A stretch of DNA of 64,000 bases, taken from sequence record NC_041916.1. One strand, given 5' to 3'. The first letter of the stretch is position 1; every line of letters begins with the position of its first letter. The position numbers and the translations under genes are program-made. This document shows positions 45,601 to 56,444 of the stretch, one piece after another. The notes below the pieces were generated by a model. The model saw only the letters and a program-made list of their open reading frames with translations. It did not search any database and was not told the DNA's origin.

Positions 45601-46109
45601 AATGGGACTGTGCCAGCAGCACGCCAGTTAACGACCAAGTCCTTCGTCATGGCACCACAACGAGCTTGAATGGTTCGAGCACCCACTGCTGATTCAGCAG
45701 GAACTTCAATTTCAGCAATGCCGTACTTGTTCGTGGTTACTTTACCAATCAACTCATCAGTGTCTTGGTAATAGAAACGCACAGGAATGTTAGGGAATGG
45801 TGTTCTGTCCACCCCACCAATAGGAGCGGTGCGAACCATGGCAGTACGACCCACTTCCGTTTCACTCACGGTGTAGTCGACGTCTCGCATTTCAACAATA
45901 TCGACGAACGTAAATGGCATGGTCTTAACCACTTTACCGTTCATCTCAAAATTGAACGTAACGGTTTTTGCAACGTCAGCCGTCAACTCCAATTGCCATT
46001 GACCATCGGCATCCGGTGTCACTTCAATGTCCGGTTCACCGTCACTGCGTTTGATGGTGAAAGGACCGGGACCCCATCCCGATAGTACGCGTGAAATTTC
46101 TTCAGCCAT
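42639..46109 (-). CDS. Ig-like repeat protein, 1156 aa; putative virion fibre/adhesin
   Basis: About 11 beta modules with T(N/D)KYG and D..G.P motifs; N-terminal KRSDGEPDI...DGQW module. Confidence 0.75.
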   Translation of the reverse strand: MAEEISRVLSGWGPGPFTIKRSDGEPDIEVTPDADGQWQLELTADVAKTVTFNFEMNGKVVKTMPFTFVDIVEMRDVDYTVSETEVGRTAMVRTAPIGGVDRTPFPNIPVRFYYQDTDELIGKVTTNKYGIAEIEVPAESAVGARTIQARCGAMTKDLVVNWRAAGTVPLMTIDELTFTDKVLDLKVGDLSGIPKDSTGAVVPNKNIYVYDLNLLTNVTNEHTDLEGDLVGTTWNAPDGAELSSPRNLMVYCDNYAHEVAAELYIPPARVVSNLNYAVTEVQIHTAAFLPFKVVDPNGVPLVGEEIELIDQNTDEVLDTQVTDKYGIVEFTRIMSQQVSDSYFAARGKGVREGDSRAHIRVMTYGMKSAPDELREVMALESTETDVASLITFKAFALGKVWDFMEAECSVFIKNTMTKLPVTVLMDKSHHELGVTVDALPDGLYDAVVCYGNARHAVQLNWGGAASNEAISVEFEDFTPSVLKEDHTTRLHLNTLDSGSVLTKPSHPMKMTVRNKADLSDRGYGLVYPDGVARIDLLTLETDQDTSPTFEFMIDDRVLGEFTVPVEDLKVMASPHTSYGAIEGNDYQAGVYVYRVSDEQPVEGVILDVRDGVDNTQLIRGMTDKFGTLEFTIPYTEGETSRRFKVNSATSYYFSKTVYWNDLSEPRMTDIRILNFPEVVNGPIKTDVNVEVYDHEGNKQVSTWSNYTFTPGDTSKTSFFINDAGLGTASIGEFTPGENKVWFMTDDAMVSKVLTFERVQGVPGGVDMLGNVDAGVINSDITLTGNILNQYGDIYLPPADESFDLVMGETTAVGVIKPTGEFSVTVNYDVAGDIEAQFQIGGVSFATRTIKWRSAITLELSPMSQTKSESNGARLLVVLKDNDGLPLAGVPIAVNESATGDSVRLTSGTVADSSIGFSVILTPKEKPEGIVDYTLSACGLSQAFTMDWTIHESGVGNLLKDNLGYNNVYMTKTLKTATLAKFRAQITDRFGVPIPGPTPFGTFDNHTGVYVDRSNDVDENGWVEFGITQPDPNVTSFELYYGTDALVSSKTVAWRSGNPDYQSLVLDDGVSATINASAQEVVLTGKVLDSNGEPTTFSNWTQSPSCHGTDGVTAKPTYNSDGTWSLTRKYEAAGPLTLSFTSYYGDIYLGDIDLNIV

Positions 46110-46129
46110 AATTTCCTCTGTTGTTAAAA

Positions 46130-46153
46130 GTTGCTCCCCTTTCGGAGAGCAAC
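46130..46153 (-). terminator. Terminator after the 1630-aa gene
   Basis: Minus strand GTTGCTCTCC-GAAA-GGGGAGCAAC followed by TTTT. Confidence 0.75.
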
Positions 46154-46163
46154 ACTATTAAAG

Positions 46164-49100
46164 CTAACTAGCGGCGATGTCGATGATCTGACGACCAACG
46201 TAACCGTAGTCATTGAAGTAGAAGGTAAGTACTTCGTTACCCGCCGCAGGTGGAGTCAGTGTAATACTGAATGTACCGTCGGACGTATTTTGGTACTTGG
46301 TAGTAGAACGACCAAAGCGAGCGTACAGTCTTTGAGAGATCGGTACTGTAACACCATCTTTATCCACCACTTTACCAGATACCGTGAACGACTGACCCGC
46401 CACAAACGATGTTGGGAATGGAGCGTCCCAAACGATGTGATGAGGAGTCATTCGGTTTTCGCTGAAGGTAACCCAACTGCTGCTGTAACCTGATGTAGTG
46501 TAGATCGATAGAGTGTCGCCACCGCTTTCATATGTGCTAGCAGGAACTTCAAACTCAAAACGACCGTTTTCATCCACGTCCGCAGTAAAGTCGAAAGTAG
46601 CACCGGAAGCCAACCAAATACCACCAAGTGTTACGTTAGCGATAGGAGCGTTATCGTAGTTAAGGATGAAACCACCCACACGGAACGCTTCACCTGTTTT
46701 CCAGTAACGAGGTGAGTACACGTATAAGGAGTACGGGATGTTGGTATCAGAAGTGAACGTCATGGTGTGTTCCGCTTCTTTACTACCGAACTTGACGACG
46801 TAAGTCAAATCACCTTCGTCATCTCGACCAGCCGGCCACAAGTCAATGTAACCTGCCTCATCAGTCACGTCGCTAGCCAACGAAGTACCGTCACCGCCTT
46901 TCAAGTATACGTTTACTTCAGCGTTTGGCACACCTTTACCGTCAGTGTCTTTAACGTACACAGGTAGGTAAGGGTACTCACCCAAAGGCATCAGTTTGTT
47001 GGCGTCAGGACCTACTTCAATAGAACCAATCGCCATGCCAGTCATCCAAGTTTCACCTAGGATTAATTCTGGGCGACGGTAAATCTCAAAGCGGTTCTCA
47101 CCTTTAGCGGAGATCTCAACAGTGATGCTGAATGAACCACCAACGTCAGAAGTACCTTCAAAGACTTTACCATCGGATTTACGACGTGCAAAGAGAGGTT
47201 CCACTTTCGTAGTAGAGTAACGTACCCCTTCTTTGGTTAACACACCTGTCACCGTTCCAGTTCCACCGACTTCCGCATTGTCGCCATCAGTGTGAGCTCT
47301 CATGCCGTCGATTGGGTCGTAAACACCTACGATCCATTCTACGTCGAACTCTAGGTAAGCACCTGAACCACAAAGCGCAAATTTGTGTACGCCTGTAGCG
47401 TGCACCGGAATAGAGAACTCGACCGTACTATTGTTCACAATAGATGCGGTTAGGTCTGTGTAGGTCTTAGTACCAAAGTCGTACAATTGAAGGGTGCTAG
47501 CGGTGTTAGCAGGGCGGTTGTTCATACCCAGAGTAACCAACGTACTGAACGCTTCGCCTTCACTACACTTGTTCGTTAGAGATATGTTAGTGATCTCGGA
47601 AGCTGGAGTGAAGTTACGACTCACCCAAGTTACCGTACGACTCTCCATGATACCACCACAGTAAGACATCGAGAAGTCTAACGACGCCGCGTCCTCTGAA
47701 GGGTACGGAGTTTTCACACGAACCAAACCATCGGCATTAGTCAATCCACCTACAGTACCAGTGACACTATCCCCAGTTAGAGCTACGAATGCACCTTCAA
47801 CCGGATTGCTGTCCTCGTCTGTCACCAAAGCAACCAGTTCCGCTGGTGTCTGGTAGTAAGGACCGTCAATACTCATCGGAGTGATTTCTAAATACGCACC
47901 TGAGATGACCGGGAACGTCATAGTGTGAACTAACGTATCGTTAAGTTTCCACTTGATGTTGATATCACCTACCTTATCAGGGTATTCGAATACTTCAAAT
48001 TCACCATCTGGAGTTAACAATGGGTTGTTGGTGTAACCTTGGTTATTTGTTTGAGTCACCAGTTCTGGAACACCTGTCAAACGCACCGGACCACCATCAG
48101 CGTCAACCAATGAACCAGACACCAACATATCGTTGTCCATTACAAAGACTTTAGAAGTCGTTGAAGCCAGTTCGAAATGTGTTGGGTTGATTAATGGGAT
48201 GTCTGACCAAACCATACGGAATGGGAAGAAACCATCGTCAGTCGCTACCACGTAGTCTTTAATGCCAGTACCCGGAACCGGTGCAGTGAAACGACCGTCC
48301 ATAAAGGTACGGCTTCCCATGCCCGATAGTTCAGTACCTGTTACCGCATCGTAGAAACGTAAGTTGGAGTTATGTACGAATTCACCTAGGTGTGATTTAA
48401 CACGACCCACTAGGATACCGTCATGACCGTTAGCCACGTCCAGCGTCCAATCCATGTCTTCAAAGACAGCACCGGTTTTACTTGTAGTCCATTCAACCAC
48501 GTAAGTAGTAGAAATACCGTTCGACACAAAGTAAAGTGTTTCGTTACCTTCCACTTTAACGTGGTTAGTTTCGTAGTACGCTTCACCTTTGTCGTTGGTC
48601 ATGACCGTAGCGTACAGTTCACCCGCCGCGTCAGTCTTATGAACTTCGATGACCGCGTTAGCAACCGGGCTACCTTCAGCATCAGTTGCTAGAATCGCAA
48701 ACTTAGAAGTGCTGTTGACGTTACCGTAGACTGGTGACCAAGGTTGAACTTTCAACGCCGTCACTGGTGCAGATACGGTATTGGTTAGGTTGTTCTTATC
48801 AAAGACGAATTCTTTAAAACCAGTCTCTGTGTAGTAAACCCAGTTAGTGACCTGCGTATCGTCTGTCGGCCAGTTAAGGTCCATTTTACCAGAGCGATTC
48901 GTGTAACGACCATTTAGGTTGTGGGCTTCTTTGTTGTAAATGCCCGCTTTGTTTTCCATCCAAACTTCGTATAACGCGCACGCTTCGTTGGTTAACAGTT
49001 TACCGAATTGGTCTTTTGCTTTAACGTCAACAGACCACTCAGTGCCCGGAAGTTGGGTTTCTGAGAAATGCAGTGAGATGTCACACGCTGTTGACTTACG

Positions 49101-51056
49101 TGTCCACATCAATTCTTGTGTGAACTCGTCACCTTCAGACTGGATGATGATTGTACGTTTGTAAGTCAATGGTTTCCAAGGCACGTCCGCCGTTACGCTA
49201 CCGAACGCGTCGGTAGTTAGCGTATGAACCGCTTCACCTTCAACCGCATCGTACCAAACCTTAACTGTCTTGTTCGCCAAAGGAGCAAGAGCGTCGTCTA
49301 GTACACGCCAACCCACAGTGATTGGGTAGCCAGCCACACCCGCACCTGCTGCATAGATCAACGGGTTAATACCTTTCGCTTTACCGATGACCACATCTTT
49401 ATCAACACGCATTTCGTCACAGCTCATTGCAATACGCGTACGGTTAGGGAACTTCTCTAACTCTCCGCCCAATGAGAACATGTAACGACTCTCTCCTTCG
49501 CCCAAATCCAAGTAAGGACGGTAGAAAGGATAATCACGAACTTGTAGGTGCATGCCTTCGTAAGTGATGGTCGGGTTAGTGTTGAAACGTTCACCGTTTG
49601 CATCAATCGGGTCAAAGTTCAACTGGATGTAACCGTCGTAAAAGATCGGTGGGATAAACGGCAGTGTAATGTCTGTCGCTACTTTGTACTTAGAAGCATC
49701 CACCCAGTCGTTCACAAAGTAAAGTTCTAGACCGTCTGCCTCTGCCACCATTTCTAGACGGGTTTGTTGATCACGTGGTTCAATAGTAAATGATACCACA
49801 CCGTATTTGTCAGTCACTGCTGTGCCAACTTCAGTCTTCACACCGTTTTCGATAGAAGACAGTTTAACGCTTACACCCGCAGTAGGGATGGATAAAGCGT
49901 TAGTGAAAGCAAAGACGTTCACGACCGGTTGTCCAATACGAACCCAGTTAGATGTGCCTGCTGCCAAGTTGAACATGTTACCGGTGTGACCGTAACGCGT
50001 CATTTGAGGATGAACCAAACGACCGTCCACAAAACACTGGTTGTGTTTAGAATCGTCACGAACACTCAACCACGTTTCCATCGAACCATCGTTATTAAGG
50101 TTTGCAGTTTGGTAGTAACGTGTGGCACGAAGATCGACCACGGTCATGCTGGAGCTGTTTAAGACAGGGTAAGTGCCTTCTTGGTCGAACAAGCGAGCGG
50201 AGAACTCAACACTTGAACCGCCACTCCATGTGGTGTCGAAAATCATCAAGTTACGAGACCCAACACGCAGCAAGTCAGGACGTTTAACACCCTTAATCAA
50301 ATCTGGAGCGTTTATCGAAGTAGACGCGTTGTTCATCAATGCAAACATCTGTGTTGGAGGGATGTCAATTGCAAAGAAACCGTTGTCTTCCAATGACGCC
50401 GATACGTCAGTCGGGAGAGCTGGGTTACGGTCCACGTACACCAACTTACGGTTAGGACCCAGTAGTTGAGTCTCGCTGTAGCTGTAGAACGTTTTACCGT
50501 AGACTTTCAATACTTCATCAGGGTCCGCTTTTTGAGGGTAGTAGACCGTGTCAAAGTTCATTGGTAGATATTCATCCACCAAATCAAAATTCAGTGTTGC
50601 TGAAACTTCACCAAGTGTGAGAGTAAGTGCCAACTTAGATTTACCCACCATCTCATTGGTAGGGATGCTAACCGAAAACAAACCGTACTGGTTGCTTGGG
50701 TAAGACGAGCCAGTAACTGCTGCTTCACCATCCACACTGTAAGAAAAGCTTACTGTCGTGTTAGGAACCGGAGCGAGTGAGTCCGAGATCAAACGAGCAA
50801 TGACGTTACTGTAGTTTTTAGTACTCAGTTTGTCATAAAACGCGTACCCGTCAAGAGTCGAAACGAAGTCAATGACTTGTTCACCCAGTTTCTCTTCACC
50901 ATTGAAGAATTGGAAAGTAACTTTACCTTTACCTTCGCTGCCCACATCAACGGACCATTTACCATCGGCATTACTAACGATGTCGACGTCAGGTTTCCCG
51001 TCACTACGTTTCATCGTCATTTTACGAGGACCCGTACCTTTAATTACTTCAGCCAT
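46164..51056 (-). CDS. Ig-like repeat protein, 1630 aa; putative virion fibre/adhesin
   Basis: About 16 beta modules (TDKYG, TDAFG, TNDKG, TDEAG); N-terminal KRSDGKPDV...DGKW module. Confidence 0.75.
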   Translation of the reverse strand: MAEVIKGTGPRKMTMKRSDGKPDVDIVSNADGKWSVDVGSEGKGKVTFQFFNGEEKLGEQVIDFVSTLDGYAFYDKLSTKNYSNVIARLISDSLAPVPNTTVSFSYSVDGEAAVTGSSYPSNQYGLFSVSIPTNEMVGKSKLALTLTLGEVSATLNFDLVDEYLPMNFDTVYYPQKADPDEVLKVYGKTFYSYSETQLLGPNRKLVYVDRNPALPTDVSASLEDNGFFAIDIPPTQMFALMNNASTSINAPDLIKGVKRPDLLRVGSRNLMIFDTTWSGGSSVEFSARLFDQEGTYPVLNSSSMTVVDLRATRYYQTANLNNDGSMETWLSVRDDSKHNQCFVDGRLVHPQMTRYGHTGNMFNLAAGTSNWVRIGQPVVNVFAFTNALSIPTAGVSVKLSSIENGVKTEVGTAVTDKYGVVSFTIEPRDQQTRLEMVAEADGLELYFVNDWVDASKYKVATDITLPFIPPIFYDGYIQLNFDPIDANGERFNTNPTITYEGMHLQVRDYPFYRPYLDLGEGESRYMFSLGGELEKFPNRTRIAMSCDEMRVDKDVVIGKAKGINPLIYAAGAGVAGYPITVGWRVLDDALAPLANKTVKVWYDAVEGEAVHTLTTDAFGSVTADVPWKPLTYKRTIIIQSEGDEFTQELMWTRKSTACDISLHFSETQLPGTEWSVDVKAKDQFGKLLTNEACALYEVWMENKAGIYNKEAHNLNGRYTNRSGKMDLNWPTDDTQVTNWVYYTETGFKEFVFDKNNLTNTVSAPVTALKVQPWSPVYGNVNSTSKFAILATDAEGSPVANAVIEVHKTDAAGELYATVMTNDKGEAYYETNHVKVEGNETLYFVSNGISTTYVVEWTTSKTGAVFEDMDWTLDVANGHDGILVGRVKSHLGEFVHNSNLRFYDAVTGTELSGMGSRTFMDGRFTAPVPGTGIKDYVVATDDGFFPFRMVWSDIPLINPTHFELASTTSKVFVMDNDMLVSGSLVDADGGPVRLTGVPELVTQTNNQGYTNNPLLTPDGEFEVFEYPDKVGDINIKWKLNDTLVHTMTFPVISGAYLEITPMSIDGPYYQTPAELVALVTDEDSNPVEGAFVALTGDSVTGTVGGLTNADGLVRVKTPYPSEDAASLDFSMSYCGGIMESRTVTWVSRNFTPASEITNISLTNKCSEGEAFSTLVTLGMNNRPANTASTLQLYDFGTKTYTDLTASIVNNSTVEFSIPVHATGVHKFALCGSGAYLEFDVEWIVGVYDPIDGMRAHTDGDNAEVGGTGTVTGVLTKEGVRYSTTKVEPLFARRKSDGKVFEGTSDVGGSFSITVEISAKGENRFEIYRRPELILGETWMTGMAIGSIEVGPDANKLMPLGEYPYLPVYVKDTDGKGVPNAEVNVYLKGGDGTSLASDVTDEAGYIDLWPAGRDDEGDLTYVVKFGSKEAEHTMTFTSDTNIPYSLYVYSPRYWKTGEAFRVGGFILNYDNAPIANVTLGGIWLASGATFDFTADVDENGRFEFEVPASTYESGGDTLSIYTTSGYSSSWVTFSENRMTPHHIVWDAPFPTSFVAGQSFTVSGKVVDKDGVTVPISQRLYARFGRSTTKYQNTSDGTFSITLTPPAAGNEVLTFYFNDYGYVGRQIIDIAAS

Positions 51057-51110
51057 TGCTTACTCCATTTAAATAGACTTAAGACCTAGTCATAGGATTT
51101 CAAAAAATAA

Positions 51111-51142
51111 CCATAACTCGGAGTTTCCACTCCGAGCCATGG
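51111..51142 (-). terminator. Terminator after the 1726-aa gene
   Basis: Minus strand CCATGGCTCGGAGT-GGAA-ACTCCGAGTTATGG followed by TTATTTTTT. Confidence 0.8.
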
Positions 51143-51175
51143 TGTTGTGTAAAGATTTCTCTTTACGAGTTAAAG

Positions 51176-54100
51176 TTAAGACGCGTTACCGGAGATTGTG
51201 GTCGTTCCAGTGGTTGTACCCATTGGAGTTTCCATTTCATCTACGGTGATGCTTTCAGCGCCCGGAATTTCAGGAATGATGGTTGTTCCTGAAAGGGTGG
51301 TTGTACTACCTGCTATCGCTAGAGGGAGTTCCATCGTGTCGATAGAAACACCTTCGGCACCCGTGATGTTACTCACCCAGTTAATGACGTGAGTACCTTC
51401 AACGCCGTTGCCAGCATTAAACGTGTACGTCACCACTTCTTCAGTGTCACGAGTGAACTGGTAAGCGATTTGACCGTTTTCATCAGTCATGGATTGAGGG
51501 AACGGAATACCGCCATCATCCCAAACCACACTCACGTTCGGCATAGGTTGCCCGAATTGGTCTTTCGTCAAGATAGTAACATTGGCTGTTTCAGCAATGG
51601 TTGCTGTCTCAGGACCAGTGATCTCAATAGAGGTTACCACTGGAGGTGGAGCTGACCATGTAACAGTCAGAGTTAAGTTCTCAACCGGACCGCTGCCGAT
51701 GAAGTTGTAAACCACATCGCCGACTTCGTTAGCATTCAACGTAAACGTTGCGATACCATCTTGGTCAGAAGTGCGTGCCGGCATGTTAGTACCACCGTCA
51801 CTCCAAGCCACAGATTGACCAGCCATCGGATTACCGAATTGGTCTTTCGTTAGGATTTTAACTTCTAACGCTGTACCTGTTGTGCCCGCTGTTGGTGACT
51901 GAGTAAACTCCATGCTAGTGAAGATTGGATCAGGAAGACTCCAAGTAACTGTATGACCGATACGAGGAATGTTAGGTTCCCAACCAAATTCGTAAAGCAC
52001 GTCACCCGCTTCTGTAGCGTTGTAGTCGAACGACCACTTACCGCCCGGAGGTGAGCGGAACGCATCGCCCGGAGTACCGTTGATGAACGGACGGACTGAT
52101 ACGCCTTCGATTGGATTACCGTATTGGTCAAGCGTCATGGCTTCCAGTTTGACTGGTGTGCCAACTTCACCGGTGCTTGGTTGTTCACCAACCCAAACGA
52201 TGCTGGTGTATTCAGGTGGAACCAAGTGACCCCACTCAATATCAAACGATTCAGAAACCACAGCCCCAACATGAACCGTGTAAGTCTTCTTCGTGTACTC
52301 AGCATAGCTGAGCGGGAACAAGAACTTACCTTCAGTGTCGATTGTACTTAATGTTTCACCGCCTTCAGTATCCACCAACTTAGCCACAACCACAGAGTTA
52401 GGAACTACGATTTGATCGTCAGCCGATAACAAGTGACCAGTTAGTTCAACTTCTTCACCTTCACTTGGATTTGCGCTGTGAGTATCAATAGCGATAGCTG
52501 TGTACTCTTTAAGCGGTTCATCCACCCAGCTGCTGTTCACTTGGGTACGAGCGTTCTCGGTGTAGATCATCACTTCAATAGAAGCGTCAGTCATACCCTC
52601 GATAGTGTACAGCCCGCGACCATGTTGGTTCGCATCAGGTGTGATAGTTAACGGTGTGAAGTTAGTGAAGTCAAACGCCCCGATAACTGGGTTAGCAATC
52701 ACCGCATCGTTCTGATCAGTAACCGTGATGTCAAACAACATCGCTTCACCGTTCACAGTAGGTTCGATGTTCAGTACCTCTGTGATCGCCGAGCCTACCG
52801 GTTGATCAGTAAAGCTGACTTCGTAAACCCCAATGACCGTCGTTCCCACTTTAACTTCCAACATGACCGTTGAGTTTGGTTCTGTTGAGTTAAAGAGCAG
52901 CACCCCGTAACCTCGAGCATCCGTGTAAGTACCACGAATAGGTTGAGCACCACCTTGGATGTAAAGGTCTAGTGGAAGATCTACAACATCTGCACCAGCG
53001 TTCGTTGCTTTGAACGCCAAGAACACTGAACCGTCGTTAGCAGCACGTGTTGTAGAGAACGGAAGTTTTTCTACCGAGTCGTAAGCCGGAATAACCAACT
53101 CGACTTTAACAGTACCGTAAACTAGATCAGCGCCCGCACTCACGATCAATTCGTGATCACCTTCTTCGACCATATTAACATCAATACGGAACGAACCACC
53201 AATAGTTGGTGTGCTAACGTAATCAATCCCCGTTAGTTTGTCAGTGACTGTAACGACAACACCTTCAAGTAGATTACCGTCTTTATCTTGGACGTTACCA
53301 GTAACCGCTACTGGTTTGTTAGGCAATGCTGTCGCAGGAACCACTACGTCACTAAGCACAACTTGTTTAGCTTCACCATCCCAAGTAACAACGATGGATG
53401 TTTCTGATTCAACAATGTCGGTGAGCTTAGCTTTAATAGTGACAATCTCAGGGTCAGTAATAGAAACCACGTAAGCCTCTGAAACTTTACCTGTAGCGTA
53501 ACCTAAGTGATCTGTAGTACCACCACTGATGTTTCCATACATCTCTTCAGAGTAGAAGTCTACCCACACGTTAGCAACGCCTTGGTGAACTTGGTTCATT
53601 GCTCGAGCAACCAATGTTGCTTGCTCACCGTGTGCGACGGTTTCAGTGGTTGCTTTAGACATCTCAACCAACAGATCGTCACGGAACGTTAGTGCAAACT
53701 CACCATAGTTCTCACCAGCATCACCTTCGTACTCTTGGTCTTCGAACCAGAATGTGTAGTCACCCGCCTCGTTCGGTACTACCGCTGAGTAAATTTCACC
53801 GTTAGGGCCGATGTGTGCGTAACCACCGTTGTAATCAACCCCGTCCATCTTACGATGTACAGCCACTTGAATACCGTAAGCTGGTTTGAATGGGTTACCG
53901 TCCGCATCTTGCGCTTGAGCCATGATAGGGAAGTAACCACCATCATTAACCATACCAACTGTCGGTGCGTCTGCGGTGAGCACGATCTTAGCTGGAGTAA
54001 CTACATCGGCTTCGTCGACGACGACTAGGTCAAAGTAAACGCGGGAGTTAGATTGGCGGTGCCACATCACCATTGGGTGAGTACCCACCCCTAGTTTGAA

Positions 54101-56356
54101 GTCGCCGAACATTTCAGCGGTTTCAACGTTGTACACGGATGTTCCGTCAAGCACATAATCAGGAGAAGAAACAGACATCGCTTTGAAAGAAGGTAAGTGG
54201 TAAACATGCATGCCTTGAAGACTTGAGACGGGTGTACCAAGTTTATCTACAGCAGTGCATTTCACTACAGCTGATTTACCTACTTGTGTCTTCTCATTAA
54301 TAGTGAAGTTAGCAAGTTCCATTACGCTCGGTCTTACATTACTACGAGTGTAATTCAGACGCAGTTGCTTGTCTTTGTACTTCGCCAAGTAGTAGACCGT
54401 TTCAAAGGCTTCAGTAAGTGGTGTATCCACCGTGACTTTAAGTTCAGCGAAACCGTATTCGTTGGTCATCACTGTCCCTAACTCTTCACCTTCGACTTCG
54501 TAGAAATCCGAACGGTAGAAGGTTACAGGTACGCCTGCCGCAGTTTCACCGTCGGCTGTAATAGCTGCAACACCAATCAAGTCCTCAGTTCCTTCCGGTG
54601 TGGACTCGGTCATCCATGGTAGTGCTCTGAAACTTTCAAAGACTGGAACGCTGTCAATCCACGTGGTGTCATGATGTTCTGCTACCGCATTGGCGGCTAA
54701 GATCAATTCGTGATCACCGATAGGTAACGGACCGTAGTTGATGTTGAAACTGCCATCATCTCCAATTGCACCGTTCTCACCAAATTCTTGGTACTCCAAT
54801 GTCGAGACGTTAAAGATACCGAGTTTCGTATCTTTAATAGGCGCACCGTTTTGGTCGTTCAGCACACCTGTGATCGTCATAGCGACATTATCTTTAGACT
54901 GGGTAGGGAAGACTACGTCTCTCAACGTCAAGCCCACAGGAACGCTTGCAGGCTTCCAGTAAACACCCGCCACTGCTTTAGACTCACCCACGATAGCGGT
55001 GATCTCTTCGTAGGTACGGTTTTCATCACCGCCCTGACTGATAGGAACTTCGAGGATGTGGTTGCCATCCACCGGTGTATTGGTGTAATGACGTTTACCA
55101 GAGCTCTCGATGTAATCTACCGCAGCAGCGGGTACCGCTTTACCATTAGTACCAGTAACAACGAAAGCAACAAAACCATCCTGACCGGTAGGGACAGCAT
55201 CGTTACCATATTCACACTTACTAATCGTTAACCCATCACGATATTCGAATTCGTGATCAAGTTTAGAAACCCCGTCAATCATCACGCCTTGACGTTGTGT
55301 CTTGGCTGTGTCTGATTGCGCGTTAATCACCAAAGAACCGTCTGGCAAAATAATGCCGAAAGACTTAGATGACCCGTTAATGGTGTTGTTGAATTTTAAC
55401 TCGTTACGAACTTTAACCACTTCACCATCAGCGTTATAAGCAATAGCCTTAACGTAAGTATCTACCACGGTTGGGTAGACATGAGCATCGGGTGCAGTTA
55501 AACGAACCGTATCGATCACATCACTGACTTGGTCTTGCCACGTAACCGTAACGTCTTTACGACCGTTATCAGAGAAGAAGCACAAACGGTGTGAACCTTC
55601 ACCTTGGTCATTCGGAGCCATGATGATACGACCATCAGGGTCTTGGTAAAAGTTAGAACTGATGATGGACAGTTTGTCTTTACTAAAGATGTCGAAGTTG
55701 TAAGGCTGAATAATCACTTCGCCATTTTGGTCTAACAAGTAACCACCCAGAACCGCACGACCACCCGGTTCCACTTCGTCAGTGTACATGAAGTCGGAAA
55801 TCGCGTAAGTCAAAGGCTTGCTGTCGGTCGTCCATTCAACCGTGTGTGTTGCGATGGTTTTGCCAATGGTGGCATTAAAACGACGCGGACCTAATGCTAA
55901 GCTACCCGATTCCGTTGTAGGAGAAACTAGGAACTCAACGATACCGAAGCGGTCAGTGTTTACTGTAGCCGTCGGGTTCGGGTCTGAACTGTCGTCGTAG
56001 AACGTTACAGGTGCGTTTGGTACACCTTTACCATCAGGGTCAGTTACCGCAAAGGCGATCAATGCACTATGACCTTGGTGGGTTTCACTGGAGGAATAAG
56101 GGAGAACCGTTAAGTTCAAATCGTCTACGAAGAAGACTTCGTAAGAACCAACTTCTAACCCGTTGTACATGAATGTGATATCACATTCCCCTACCTTTTC
56201 AGAAGTCAGGTTAAATGACCACGTACCGTCTGGTTCGGTGATCACGGAGATGTCATCCCCACCATCACTTCGAACACCGGTAATGGTTACTGGTTTTCCG
56301 GGCACGATAGGTCGACCCTGAGCATCCAGTATATTACCCTTAATAATCCCAATCAT
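51176..56356 (-). CDS. Ig-like repeat protein, 1726 aa; putative virion fibre/adhesin
   Basis: About 17 beta modules (DQFG.PM.G.SV.W.DGG repeated near the C-terminus); N-terminal RSDGGDDI...DGTW module; the C-terminus has two short partial modules. Confidence 0.75.
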   Translation of the reverse strand: MIGIIKGNILDAQGRPIVPGKPVTITGVRSDGGDDISVITEPDGTWSFNLTSEKVGECDITFMYNGLEVGSYEVFFVDDLNLTVLPYSSSETHQGHSALIAFAVTDPDGKGVPNAPVTFYDDSSDPNPTATVNTDRFGIVEFLVSPTTESGSLALGPRRFNATIGKTIATHTVEWTTDSKPLTYAISDFMYTDEVEPGGRAVLGGYLLDQNGEVIIQPYNFDIFSKDKLSIISSNFYQDPDGRIIMAPNDQGEGSHRLCFFSDNGRKDVTVTWQDQVSDVIDTVRLTAPDAHVYPTVVDTYVKAIAYNADGEVVKVRNELKFNNTINGSSKSFGIILPDGSLVINAQSDTAKTQRQGVMIDGVSKLDHEFEYRDGLTISKCEYGNDAVPTGQDGFVAFVVTGTNGKAVPAAAVDYIESSGKRHYTNTPVDGNHILEVPISQGGDENRTYEEITAIVGESKAVAGVYWKPASVPVGLTLRDVVFPTQSKDNVAMTITGVLNDQNGAPIKDTKLGIFNVSTLEYQEFGENGAIGDDGSFNINYGPLPIGDHELILAANAVAEHHDTTWIDSVPVFESFRALPWMTESTPEGTEDLIGVAAITADGETAAGVPVTFYRSDFYEVEGEELGTVMTNEYGFAELKVTVDTPLTEAFETVYYLAKYKDKQLRLNYTRSNVRPSVMELANFTINEKTQVGKSAVVKCTAVDKLGTPVSSLQGMHVYHLPSFKAMSVSSPDYVLDGTSVYNVETAEMFGDFKLGVGTHPMVMWHRQSNSRVYFDLVVVDEADVVTPAKIVLTADAPTVGMVNDGGYFPIMAQAQDADGNPFKPAYGIQVAVHRKMDGVDYNGGYAHIGPNGEIYSAVVPNEAGDYTFWFEDQEYEGDAGENYGEFALTFRDDLLVEMSKATTETVAHGEQATLVARAMNQVHQGVANVWVDFYSEEMYGNISGGTTDHLGYATGKVSEAYVVSITDPEIVTIKAKLTDIVESETSIVVTWDGEAKQVVLSDVVVPATALPNKPVAVTGNVQDKDGNLLEGVVVTVTDKLTGIDYVSTPTIGGSFRIDVNMVEEGDHELIVSAGADLVYGTVKVELVIPAYDSVEKLPFSTTRAANDGSVFLAFKATNAGADVVDLPLDLYIQGGAQPIRGTYTDARGYGVLLFNSTEPNSTVMLEVKVGTTVIGVYEVSFTDQPVGSAITEVLNIEPTVNGEAMLFDITVTDQNDAVIANPVIGAFDFTNFTPLTITPDANQHGRGLYTIEGMTDASIEVMIYTENARTQVNSSWVDEPLKEYTAIAIDTHSANPSEGEEVELTGHLLSADDQIVVPNSVVVAKLVDTEGGETLSTIDTEGKFLFPLSYAEYTKKTYTVHVGAVVSESFDIEWGHLVPPEYTSIVWVGEQPSTGEVGTPVKLEAMTLDQYGNPIEGVSVRPFINGTPGDAFRSPPGGKWSFDYNATEAGDVLYEFGWEPNIPRIGHTVTWSLPDPIFTSMEFTQSPTAGTTGTALEVKILTKDQFGNPMAGQSVAWSDGGTNMPARTSDQDGIATFTLNANEVGDVVYNFIGSGPVENLTLTVTWSAPPPVVTSIEITGPETATIAETANVTILTKDQFGQPMPNVSVVWDDGGIPFPQSMTDENGQIAYQFTRDTEEVVTYTFNAGNGVEGTHVINWVSNITGAEGVSIDTMELPLAIAGSTTTLSGTTIIPEIPGAESITVDEMETPMGTTTGTTTISGNAS

Positions 56357-56422
56357 TATTAACTCCGTTAATTAGGTTAATTAAATTCTTTTGTTGACAT
56401 CATCGTTGATTAAAGGATGAAA

Positions 56423-56444
56423 TAGGGGGAACGAATTCCCCCTA
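56423..56444 (-). terminator. UUCG hairpin after the largest gene
   Basis: Minus strand TAGGGGGAA-TTCG-TTCCCCCTA with only a weak U-tract. Confidence 0.55.
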